Assembly (NCBI GenBank): GCA_018667335.1
Contig: JABIVD010000016.1
Span: 3,683 to 67,682 of the forward strand
Direction: 5' to 3'
DNA length: 64,000 nt
Source of the DNA: Rhodospirillaceae bacterium
GTDB taxonomy: Bacteria > Pseudomonadota > Alphaproteobacteria > UBA6615
Shown: positions 1-8,488 of the stretch, piece after piece
Layout of the letters: each line of letters starts with the position of its first letter
How positions within the stretch are numbered: the first letter of the stretch is position 1
Notes under the pieces: generated by a model
Told to the model about the DNA's origin: nothing
The model's database searches: none
What the model saw: the letters and a program-made list of their open reading frames with translations, nothing else
Program-made: the position numbers and the translations under genes

Positions 1-1338
1 AACCACAATGCCGTGGCGCTGATCCTGCCCCACAAAGCGATGCTGGGGTTCGATGGCGGGGCCATCGGCGCGGACATCTATTGCGACCGCTCGGGGATTC
101 ACGCCCGCAGGCTGGGTGACTGCGCGAAGATTCTCGACGCGCTCAAGGATTCCGAGAACGGCTATTACGATCCGCGCGACGTCTACACGACCGTGCCGCG
201 TTCGTCGGTGTTGGACACGACCTATGCGAGCCATGTCGCGACGGGTGCTACGGAGAATGCGCTCAAGGGAATGCGTATCGGCGTTGTCCGGGAATCCATG
301 GTCTACCCCGAGGGATCGAAGACCGAGGAGCCGATCGTCTCGGCAGCCACGGCCGAGGTCAAGGATGTGCTCGGTGCGCATCTCGGCGCGACCCTGGTTG
401 AATCCGGTGACCAGCTGTGGACGCCGGACCCCGACATGGAACAGATGAGCGTCGATTTCCGCCGCGCGCTGGCCCAGCTCGTGCCGGTGTTCATGCCGCA
501 GTTGCTGTTCCGGCTGCGTCCCGACGGTACGCCGCTGTACAAGGAATTCGAAGCCGCGATCAAGCCGACCGACTTCCTGCCGGGCAAAACCTTCGGGTCC
601 GGGGCCATGGACCCGATCGATTATTGCGTCGGACTCGCCGAGGGCACGATCGAGCCACCGACGAACTTCGACATCGCCAGCGTTCAGCAGCAGGAACTGG
701 CAAATACCTTCCGGTTCCACATCAGCCAGTATCTGATGCGCCGCGCCGACGATTGGAAGGCGGCGGGGTTCGATGAGGCGCTCGCCAATTGGGAGATGCT
801 CAACGCGCGCTCCAAATTCTGGGGCGACGATCAGCGCTCGGGCTTCAAAAACTGGGAAGAAGTCGCCGACCCGCGCAATGCGCTCGACGGACGCCAGGGC
901 GTCGACGAGCGGATCATGCTGCGCGAGTTGCTGCGCCGGGTGGACATGATGGTCATCCTGGAAAACAAGCTGGATGCGTTCGTGCGCCTGCACACGCCAT
1001 GGCCGCCGGGAATCATCGGCATGCCCCATCAGTACGACACGATGCACAATCTCCGGCCCGAGAGCCTGTATGGCCCGAATGCCGGATTGACTGAAATGCT
1101 GGTGCCGGCGGGCTATGTGACCGTCGCCTACGATCCGGTGTTCGCGCTCAGCGCCGACGGCACGAAGTATGTCTCGGCCCCGTCGAATGTTCCGACCGAG
1201 CTCGCCGATCCGGGGCTGCCCTTCTCGCTGGTCTTCCGTTCGGAGCCGGGCACGGAAGACACGCTGCTCAATATTGCGTCGAGTTATGAGGCGGCTTCGA
1301 ACCGCCGCGTACCGCCGCCTGCGTTCGGTGCGCTGTAA
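1..1338 (+). CDS. Amidase signature family protein, 5'-truncated by the window edge
   Basis: Frame is open from base 1. Segments LKGMRIGVVRE, NAGLTEMLVPAGY, GLPFSLVF and EDTLLNIASSYEAASNRRVPP match the amidase C-terminal half. Confidence 0.75.
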   Translation, partial: NHNAVALILPHKAMLGFDGGAIGADIYCDRSGIHARRLGDCAKILDALKDSENGYYDPRDVYTTVPRSSVLDTTYASHVATGATENALKGMRIGVVRESMVYPEGSKTEEPIVSAATAEVKDVLGAHLGATLVESGDQLWTPDPDMEQMSVDFRRALAQLVPVFMPQLLFRLRPDGTPLYKEFEAAIKPTDFLPGKTFGSGAMDPIDYCVGLAEGTIEPPTNFDIASVQQQELANTFRFHISQYLMRRADDWKAAGFDEALANWEMLNARSKFWGDDQRSGFKNWEEVADPRNALDGRQGVDERIMLRELLRRVDMMVILENKLDAFVRLHTPWPPGIIGMPHQYDTMHNLRPESLYGPNAGLTEMLVPAGYVTVAYDPVFALSADGTKYVSAPSNVPTELADPGLPFSLVFRSEPGTEDTLLNIASSYEAASNRRVPPPAFGAL

Positions 1339-1409
1339 TGTCGTTTTGACCTCGTGGCCGTGGGGACTATTTTGTAGGCCGTCTCCGAACGGCAACGAAA
1401 GAATCAGCC

Positions 1410-2756
1410 ATGACCGACAATGGGCGAATGCATCTCGCGGCGTTTATGCGTCCGATCAGCATCCACACCGGCGCGTGGCGCTATCCGGGCGGCACACCCG
1501 ACGCCAACTTCAACTTCCCGGCGATCGTGAAATCTGCCCAGCGCCTGGAAGAGGCGAAGTTCGACGCCTTCTTCATGGCCGACCATCTGGCAATGCTCAA
1601 CATGCCGATGGATGCGCTCAAACGCAGTTCGACGGCGACCTCATTCGAGCCGTTTACGCTTTTGTCGGCGCTGTCGATGGTCACCGAGAATCTCGGCCTG
1701 ATCGCGACAGGCTCGACATCTTTTGACGAACCGTTTCACGTGGCCCGTCGCTTCGCCTCGCTCGACCATATCAGCGGCGGGCGCGCGGGCTGGAACATCG
1801 TCACCACGTCGAACCCGGATGCGGCCAAGAATTTCGGGCTCGAGGAACATCTCGACCATGCCGAACGCTATGCCCGTGCCCGCGAATTCTACGACGTGGT
1901 CACCGGCCTTTGGGACAGCTGGGCCGACGACGCCTTCATCCGTGATGTGGAATCCGGGGTCTTCTTCGATCCCGACAAGCTTCACACCCTCGATCACAAG
2001 GGCGAGTTCTTTTCGGTGCATGGCCCGCTGCACGTCGCGCGTCCCGTCCAGGGCTGGCCCCTTATTGTCCAGGCGGGCGGCTCGGAGGCCGGACGGCAGC
2101 TCGCCGCCGAAACGGCCGAGGCGATCTTCGCGGCGCAGCGGACGATCGATGACGGCCGCGAATTCTATGCCGATGTGAAGGGCCGGATGGCGAAGATCGG
2201 GCGCAACCCCGATCACCTCAAGATTCTGCCTGCCTGTCTCGTTGTCGTTGGTGATTCTGTCGAGGAGGCTCGTGAAAAGCGCGCGGTCCTCGATTCGAAA
2301 GTGCATCTCGACAGTGCGATCGCCTCCCTGTCGATATCCTTGGGGCACGACGCCTCCACCTTCGATCTCGACAGCCCGTTGCCGGAGATCCCCGAGAGCA
2401 ACGCGTCCAAAAGCGGTCGTGATCGGGCGATCCGGATGGCCGAACAGGAAAACCTTACCGTCCGTCAGCTGGCCCAGCGGATGGGTGGGTTCTCGGGTCT
2501 CGCGATGGTTGGCACGGCGGAGACGATCGCCGACGAGATGGAAGAATGGATCGAGACAAGCGCGAGCGACGGCTTCACGATCATGTTCCCCTTCCTGCCC
2601 GAAGGGCTCGACCTGTTCGTGGATCGGGTGGTTCCCGAACTCCAGCGACGCGGTCTGTTCCGGCGCGAATATGCCGGCAAGACGCTTCGCGAGAACATGG
2701 GCCTGCCGCGCCCGGAGAACCGGTTCTTCGCGGCGTCGGACAAGGCGGCCCGGTAG
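1410..2756 (+). CDS. LLM-class flavin-dependent monooxygenase, NtaA/SnaA/DszA family
   Basis: HTGAWRYP, FDAFFMADHL, ARRFASLDHISGGRAGWNIVT, QAGGSEAG, VVPELQRRGLFR..Y.G.TLRE motifs. Confidence 0.92.
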   Translation: MTDNGRMHLAAFMRPISIHTGAWRYPGGTPDANFNFPAIVKSAQRLEEAKFDAFFMADHLAMLNMPMDALKRSSTATSFEPFTLLSALSMVTENLGLIATGSTSFDEPFHVARRFASLDHISGGRAGWNIVTTSNPDAAKNFGLEEHLDHAERYARAREFYDVVTGLWDSWADDAFIRDVESGVFFDPDKLHTLDHKGEFFSVHGPLHVARPVQGWPLIVQAGGSEAGRQLAAETAEAIFAAQRTIDDGREFYADVKGRMAKIGRNPDHLKILPACLVVVGDSVEEAREKRAVLDSKVHLDSAIASLSISLGHDASTFDLDSPLPEIPESNASKSGRDRAIRMAEQENLTVRQLAQRMGGFSGLAMVGTAETIADEMEEWIETSASDGFTIMFPFLPEGLDLFVDRVVPELQRRGLFRREYAGKTLRENMGLPRPENRFFAASDKAAR

Positions 2757-2770
2757 GTTTCTGTTCGGGT

Positions 2771-3280
2771 CTAGTCCAGATAGCCGCCGCGGAAATACAC
2801 CAGTGGTGCCGCGTCAGGGTCACCGCCGACCGCCACCACGCGGCCGATCGCAATGACAGTACCGTGTCGTTCGAGGGTCTCCTCGAGGTGGCAATCCATC
2901 ACGCCCACGGCGCCATTGAAGACCGGTGCACCTGTCGCAAGCGTCGACCAGCGTTTGCCGTCGAACCGGTCGGGTCCCTTCACGTCACTTTTGCCTGAGA
3001 AGAGATCGACCACGTCTTCTGTGCCGCGCGGCAGATAGTTGATGGCGAAATGGCCCGAGTCACGAATGGCGCCCAACGCCGAAGTTCGTGCATCGATGGA
3101 AACGAGCATGGTCGGAGGGTCGGCGCAGATATGGGTGGCGGACAGTCCGAGAAACCCGGCCGGCCCGGCGCTCCCGCGCGCCGTAACGATCGTTGCGGAA
3201 ACTGCGCGTTGGCCAACGGCCTGCCAGAAGGCGCCAATATCAATGTCGGCGTTGCCGGCGCCGGTCCCTTCCGTTCCCAT
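2771..3280 (-). CDS. Flavin reductase family protein
   Basis: DPPTMLVSID, SGHFAINYL, TGAPVF, PLVYFRGGY. Lies convergent to the monooxygenase. Confidence 0.88.
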   Translation of the reverse strand: MGTEGTGAGNADIDIGAFWQAVGQRAVSATIVTARGSAGPAGFLGLSATHICADPPTMLVSIDARTSALGAIRDSGHFAINYLPRGTEDVVDLFSGKSDVKGPDRFDGKRWSTLATGAPVFNGAVGVMDCHLEETLERHGTVIAIGRVVAVGGDPDAAPLVYFRGGYLD

Positions 3281-3303
3281 TCCGTGCTCCTATGTCTCTG
3301 TCG

Positions 3304-3597
3304 TCAGGCCTTCTGACCCCGACCCTCGAGCCGGTGGTTGATCCAGTCGGAATAGATATCCACCGCCAACCAGATTGCCTGGGCCGCAGCGTAATTCAGA
3401 ATCCCGAACAGCCAGGGAAAGTCGAACCCGCCAGCGAACCAAACCCCGGCCGCGAGAAAGACGGCGATGCAGATGATCGCCGAGGCGATATTCGTGGCGA
3501 CGAGGCGGGAGAGCTTGCCCTCCCATTTCTTGGTGAGCCTGAAGATAATCCGGCTGACCAGGAAGCTCGGCACGAACGCCGCCGCGAAGAACCCCAT
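3304..3597 (-). CDS. Small hypothetical membrane protein
   Basis: Hydrophobic ORF with about three TM-like segments. ATG at 3597 chosen; start uncertain. Confidence 0.5.
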   Translation of the reverse strand: MGFFAAAFVPSFLVSRIIFRLTKKWEGKLSRLVATNIASAIICIAVFLAAGVWFAGGFDFPWLFGILNYAAAQAIWLAVDIYSDWINHRLEGRGQKA

Positions 3598-3725
3598 GTT
3601 GAAAACAAAACCCAAAGGGACCTCACAGCTCGAACAAAACGTCGCACTAGCATACAATGCCACAACGCGAGGCCGAACCGCATTTCGGCACAATCTTTGA
3701 ATTTTGTGCCCTGGGGAAACGAATT

Positions 3726-3857
3726 ATGGATGAGCAGGCAGAAAGCGAACAGCGTCCGACCTCAAACCGGCTGATGCTCGCTGCCGTGCTCTCCGTCGTC
3801 GGGCTCGGTGCCATTGGCATGCTGGTGCTGGCCGCGGCGTCGGTGGTGTTTCGCTAA
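3726..3857 (+). CDS. Possible small single-TM protein (43 aa)
   Basis: MDEQAESEQRPTSNR followed by a hydrophobic stretch. Fills the gap between two minus-strand genes. Confidence 0.3.
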   Translation: MDEQAESEQRPTSNRLMLAAVLSVVGLGAIGMLVLAAASVVFR

Positions 3858-4741
3858 GACGCTTTTGGCCGCTGTGCGCGGCTCTCCCGCCGCGCGATAT
3901 AGGTCGCACTGGCGACGATTACGCCGCCGCCGATCCATGTCCAGATTTCCGGCTGTTCACCAAACAGGGTCAGGCCCAGAATCGTCGCCCAGACGAGCTG
4001 TAGGAACTGAATCGGTTGGGTGACCGTGATGTCGGCCGAACGAAATGCCTGGGTCAGCGTGACGTGTCCCGCCGTGGCGCAGACGGCCGTCGCGAACAAC
4101 CATGCCAATTCCACCAACGTGGGTGTGCGCCAGACCAGGAGCGCCGGCGGCAGCAGGGTGAGGGTTACGAAAATCGAGAGATAGGCGACGATCGCCGTGC
4201 TTGATTCCGTCCGGGTCAGGCGTTTCGCGATCAGCATTGAACAGGCGAACAAAGGCGAGGCCACCAGCTGTGCGATCGATCCGATGCTGATCGCCTGGAA
4301 GCCCGGCTGCAGGACGATAATCGCGCCGCCGAAGCCGATCAAAACAGCACCGATCCGATACAGATACAACCTTTCACCAAGAAAGAGCGCGGCCCCGAGG
4401 GTGGTGAAGATCGGGGCCGTAAACCCCAATGCGGTCACTTCTGCGATCGGGATCTTCGCCATCGCGAAAAACCAGAGCATCACGCCCAATCCGTGGATGA
4501 AGCCGCGGACGGCGTGCAGACCCATGATTCTGCGCTCACGGACGAAGTTGCCGACTTTGAAAAACACCGGTGCCAACAAAAGCAGACCGAAGAAGTAGCG
4601 GATGAAGGCAGCCTGGACTGCGTTCATGTCTGTTCCCAGATGGCGCACAATCCCGGTGACCATCACAAACAGGATGCCCGTCATCGCCATCCAGAAGATG
4701 CCGCGGAGGTTTCCGTTGATGCGCGATTCGGCGGCCGACAT
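3854..4741 (-). CDS. DMT/EamA family transporter
   Basis: About 10 TM segments; FTAPIFTTLGAALFLGER and LFGEQP repeats. Confidence 0.9.
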   Translation of the reverse strand: MSAAESRINGNLRGIFWMAMTGILFVMVTGIVRHLGTDMNAVQAAFIRYFFGLLLLAPVFFKVGNFVRERRIMGLHAVRGFIHGLGVMLWFFAMAKIPIAEVTALGFTAPIFTTLGAALFLGERLYLYRIGAVLIGFGGAIIVLQPGFQAISIGSIAQLVASPLFACSMLIAKRLTRTESSTAIVAYLSIFVTLTLLPPALLVWRTPTLVELAWLFATAVCATAGHVTLTQAFRSADITVTQPIQFLQLVWATILGLTLFGEQPEIWTWIGGGVIVASATYIARRESRAQRPKAS

Positions 4742-4750
4742 GGCGCGGTA

Positions 4751-5116
4751 TCAGGTCTGGCGAGAGGCGTGGCCGATGGTCAGGAACGCCTGCAAAATCA
4801 ACAATAGAGACAAGACGAATACCGGGCCGTCGGGCGTATTCGTGCGGCCGCTGACGAACGCGTTTGCGGCCAATCCAATCACGCCAACAATCAGCGCGAC
4901 GAGGGCGGCGCGTTTCAGAATTCGTGCCTGGTCATGGCTCGGCCGAATAAGCTGCCGCCATGTGACTACGGTGGCGCCGATCACGAGCACTGCCACGGTG
5001 GCCCGCGCGGCCCGCCATGCGGTGAGGCCGGCATCGCCGGTCACGCTCAAATAGATTGTGTAGGCGGCGCCAAGCCCGGTCAGGCTCGCGATGATGAGGA
5101 GTGCTGCACGGTTCAT
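4751..5116 (-). CDS. Hypothetical membrane protein (about 4 TM)
   Basis: Hydrophobic ORF from MNRAALLII, ending 9 bp upstream of the DMT start. Confidence 0.6.
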   Translation of the reverse strand: MNRAALLIIASLTGLGAAYTIYLSVTGDAGLTAWRAARATVAVLVIGATVVTWRQLIRPSHDQARILKRAALVALIVGVIGLAANAFVSGRTNTPDGPVFVLSLLLILQAFLTIGHASRQT

Positions 5117-5187
5117 AAACGCGTCATAGCACGGACAGGCTGCCGTGCCTGAGAAAGAAAATGGTCGCACCGATGGGTGCCGGCTGC

Positions 5188-5964
5188 TTACCGTCCAAAC
5201 AGGCGTTTGATCCCGGTTCGGTCGCGCGGTGGATGGCTGAGTTCCGGGTCGGTTTCGCCCTCGAGAACCCCTTCGTCGATCCGGTATAAATGGCAAAGAA
5301 CATGATCGACGGATGTCTCTGCGCCAAAGGGCAACGCGATCACTCCGCAACTGGTGGAGCCACTGCTCGTGGGGACGGCGTCGGTTTCGTGAACGGGGCC
5401 CCCGGTGATGACCACTTCACGACCGAGTCCGACGATCCAGTCGACGGTCATGGCGTCGATCGGGATCGCGGATGTGAGACCACCGGCAGGCGGCGCGAAC
5501 ATATGTGCGACCTCCAGGCCGGGACGGCGGCCACGTTCGGATACGCGAAGCAGAAGGCTGTTCGGCCAATGCCCGGCAATGGTGATGGGGTCGAAATCGG
5601 AGATGTCTGGCCGCAACCGGTCGGCCGCCAGATGTTCCCACAGATCGATAATTGCGGAAGGTGCGATGTCGCTGTCCTGTCCGATACAGCGCGGGGCGGA
5701 GTCCCGAGAGGCATGGGTTGGCGCACGCGTGTTGGCAGCAGGGAACACCCGACGCAGCGATGGATTGGAGTTGTCCGCTATCACCGCCGCCTGGGCTTCG
5801 ATAACCGGCGAAGTGCCGTAGACGTGAACCACTTCCTCACGTTCGTCAGGCGGGCGCGGCTGCGTCGCGCCGCGGATCGAGACGCGTGTCAGCGATGCCG
5901 CCGGTGCAGGCCTGCAGTGTTTGCGTTCGTTGGACGGTGCGATCGGATCAGGATCGGTCATCAT
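5188..5964 (-). CDS. Hypothetical protein with low-complexity N-terminus and C-terminal PAS-like (PAS_5/DUF1457-like) domain
   Basis: IIDLWEHLAADRLRPDISDFDP..IAGHWPNSLLL...ALPF...VDHVLCHL resembles PAS_5-type proteins. GAGGAG RBS at 5968-5973 (minus strand). Confidence 0.6.
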   Translation of the reverse strand: MMTDPDPIAPSNERKHCRPAPAASLTRVSIRGATQPRPPDEREEVVHVYGTSPVIEAQAAVIADNSNPSLRRVFPAANTRAPTHASRDSAPRCIGQDSDIAPSAIIDLWEHLAADRLRPDISDFDPITIAGHWPNSLLLRVSERGRRPGLEVAHMFAPPAGGLTSAIPIDAMTVDWIVGLGREVVITGGPVHETDAVPTSSGSTSCGVIALPFGAETSVDHVLCHLYRIDEGVLEGETDPELSHPPRDRTGIKRLFGR

Positions 5965-5988
5965 CGGCTCCTCGTGTCCACGTGGGTT

Positions 5989-6441
5989 TCACAAGGGAGG
6001 CGGCAGGACCATGCCGCTGCCGGGTAGCGAGGGAGCCACGCCGCTTGGGCGGCATTTGGTTTGAAGCGCCCGGGGAACCCCCGACCCAGTCTGATCTGTC
6101 CGGTGACCGAGGCGCTTGAGAAGTTCGTCGAGCGCTTCCGTCAACAGGCGTTGCCGGCTGACATTTCGGGTCTCTGCGGCCCGGCAGAAATCGGCATGCC
6201 GCGCCGGGTCGATCCGGAATGTGAATTTCCTTTTTTCTGCCGTGGCCGCTCCCGTCAGGCGCGCAGCGCATGGCGCCTGTGCCGGGCCCCGGACCATTGG
6301 TGTCTCGGTTTGGCTTGCTGACGCATGCAGATTGATTGTCGGGAGCACGATTGTCCGGCGCGCATGGAACCGTGCTGCGCCTCCGGGATGCGCCGCGGCG
6401 GGTGCCGCTGCGCCTTTTCGCGCCAGAAAACCTTCGCTCAT
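5989..6441 (-). CDS. Ribbon-helix-helix-like putative DNA-binding partner of the ParA ATPase
   Basis: ATG overlaps the ParA stop (ATGA, 6438-6441). N-terminal FLARKGAAAPA; KRKFTFRIDPARHADFCRAAETRNVSRQRLLTEALDELL fits a beta-helix-helix pattern. Confidence 0.7.
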   Translation of the reverse strand: MSEGFLARKGAAAPAAAHPGGAARFHARRTIVLPTINLHASASQTETPMVRGPAQAPCAARLTGAATAEKRKFTFRIDPARHADFCRAAETRNVSRQRLLTEALDELLKRLGHRTDQTGSGVPRALQTKCRPSGVAPSLPGSGMVLPPPL

Positions 6442-7145
6442 GATATGCCGTTCCAGCGTGTTTCGCCGTTGGACCGCCCCGGCGCAAGTCGTGCAAAGTT
6501 GTCGGGAATCATCGTCGGAGCGCTGCGCTGTGCCAGCCGGCTGTCGATATAGCGCCACAGGTTCACAATCTCCTCGGCAGACTTCCCGGCGCGTGGCAAT
6601 TCCATCACGGTGCGGCCGTCGATCATGCTGGCCGCAAAATCGGTCCTTTGATGGATCATGATTGGCGCGACGGTGCCGTGCTGCGACAGGACGATGGCGG
6701 CTTCGCCCGTGATCCGGGCGCGTGGGTTGGCCGCGTTGACGATGAAGACGAGCGGCTTGCCCAACGCTTCCACCATGGCGATGGTGGTGCCGGCGGCTCG
6801 GAGATCGTGCGGGCTTGGCCGGGTCGGAATCGCGATGAGGTCGGACAGTGCGATCACCTGTTCGATCATATCGGTGATTGCCGGCGGGGTATCGATGATC
6901 ACCAGCTTGAAGCCGAGGTCGTGCGCCCGCGCCAGGTCTGTGTCCAAAGTAGCGACCGAGGCGTGCAGGAACGCTGGCGTTGATGCCTGCCGCTCGTTCC
7001 ACCAGTCGGTCAGGCTACCTTGCGGGTCGGTGTCGATCACCGCGACGGGGCCGGCGCCGGCGGCCTCGGCTGCGACGGCAAGGTGTCCGGCGAGCGTTGT
7101 CTTGCCGGAGCCGCCTTTTTGAGAGGTCAGTGCGAGGATGTTCAT
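6438..7145 (-). CDS. ParA/MinD family ATPase (short type, no N-terminal HTH)
   Basis: Deviant Walker A KGGSGKTT, DTDPQGS, IIDTPP. Confidence 0.93.
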   Translation of the reverse strand: MNILALTSQKGGSGKTTLAGHLAVAAEAAGAGPVAVIDTDPQGSLTDWWNERQASTPAFLHASVATLDTDLARAHDLGFKLVIIDTPPAITDMIEQVIALSDLIAIPTRPSPHDLRAAGTTIAMVEALGKPLVFIVNAANPRARITGEAAIVLSQHGTVAPIMIHQRTDFAASMIDGRTVMELPRAGKSAEEIVNLWRYIDSRLAQRSAPTMIPDNFARLAPGRSNGETRWNGIS

Positions 7146-7491
7146 GGAGACCTCCGGGTCGATTGGCTGGGCCCGAACTCGGGAATAATCGAAGCGAAGG
7201 GTAGATTCCAAGTGTCCTGATCGCCAAGCGACATTGGATAAACATGATCCTGTGTTTGATCGAAAAACGCAGATTGTTCGGTTGTTTCGTCCACGTAAAA
7301 TCGACGGAAATTCGATGCAAAATTCAAGGTGGTTTCGGAATGTTGGGGCGCGGTTGCTGCCATTCGTGTTTTCACCGCTGCCGAGAGTGGTTCTGGCTTA
7401 GCTCTGACGCTAATGTGGAGGCGCTGAGAAACAACTGGCGCGGTGATCGAAACACCTTCGCCGAATTGAAAAAACCTAGGGAGGATCAATC

Positions 7492-7893
7492 ATGGCAAAT
7501 GCAGAAACCAAGACCGAGGGTGCCTACAAGGCCGGTGATGGTACGTATGTGTTCGACGTTGACAAGTTACAGGGGCTGGAAGCCGGTCCGGGTTATGCCG
7601 CGACCTTCGGGCCCGTGGTCGAGGGTGAGCTGACTCAGGTCGGCATCATGACATTGCCCGCTGGACAGACGTCAGCGCCCCATACCCATCCCAACGAGCA
7701 ATGGATTTACATCTTGCGGGGCAAGCTGCATGCGACGGTGGACGGGCAGGAATCAGATGTTGGCCCAGGCCAGCTGATTTATATCCCGTCCGATACCGTG
7801 CACAGCGTGACGATCTCGCCGGACGAGGATTGCCACTTCTTCACCTGCAAGGACCTGCGCAGCGGGATCGCCGGCACACCCGTCGGCGGTTGA
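7492..7893 (+). CDS. Cupin domain protein
   Basis: PHTHPNEQWIYILRG and IPSDTVHSV cupin motifs; GGAGG RBS upstream. Confidence 0.88.
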   Translation: MANAETKTEGAYKAGDGTYVFDVDKLQGLEAGPGYAATFGPVVEGELTQVGIMTLPAGQTSAPHTHPNEQWIYILRGKLHATVDGQESDVGPGQLIYIPSDTVHSVTISPDEDCHFFTCKDLRSGIAGTPVGG

Positions 7894-7917
7894 TGCGGCG
7901 GTTGATGCGGCGGTTGA
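7884..7917 (+). repeat. 12-bp tandem repeat CGGCGGTTGATG, about 3 copies, spanning the cupin stop codon
   Basis: Copies start at 7884, 7896 and 7908 (last one partial). Confidence 0.85.
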
Positions 7918-7934
7918 CGTTGTTTTTCGGCGGC

Positions 7935-8225
7935 CTAGAGGCCGTCGAACATCAGCACCGGGCCGTTGGAACCTGAATTCCGGGATGCAAGCCACGGCTG
8001 ATACTCGGCATCATTGTACCAGGCCTCGGCTGAAGCCCGGTCCGGGAACTCGATGATGACCGCGGCGGACGGTGCGTCGGCGTCGCCTTCCAGCTTCGTC
8101 ACTTCGGGCGTCTGGGCGATATAACGTCCGCCATGTTTGGCGACGAGTTCGTGAACGGCGGGTCCGTAAGCCGCCATCCAGGACGGGTCGGTGATGGTCA
8201 GCGAAGCTGTGAGATATGTGGTCAT
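7935..8225 (-). CDS. DUF1330 domain protein
   Basis: KHGGRYI, LEGD, VIIEFPDRASAEAWYNDAEYQ. Confidence 0.88.
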   Translation of the reverse strand: MTTYLTASLTITDPSWMAAYGPAVHELVAKHGGRYIAQTPEVTKLEGDADAPSAAVIIEFPDRASAEAWYNDAEYQPWLASRNSGSNGPVLMFDGL

Positions 8226-8488
8226 GGTGTTTCCCTGTTTGGCGTAATTGTAGGACGTTATCAGGCCCGCATTAGATGACCAATCATGAGGGCACCATCT
8301 TTGCTGGCGAAGACTTGTGCTTGCGCCGCCATATCACCGCATCCACGGTGTGGTGGTGGTAATTGTCGGTCTGAAACAGGATCAGGGGTGCGACGCCGAC
8401 CGCAAACAGTCCGACCGCGGTGCGCAGCGATAGGGCCAGAAAAAGAAAACCTCGAAAACGTTCAGATGTAGAGGCGCGCCGTGTTCAG

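Noticed and set aside
5989..7002. 337-aa ORF as called by the track
   Set aside because: The 5' part lies inside parA in another frame; the ATG at 6441 overlapping the parA stop is the credible start.
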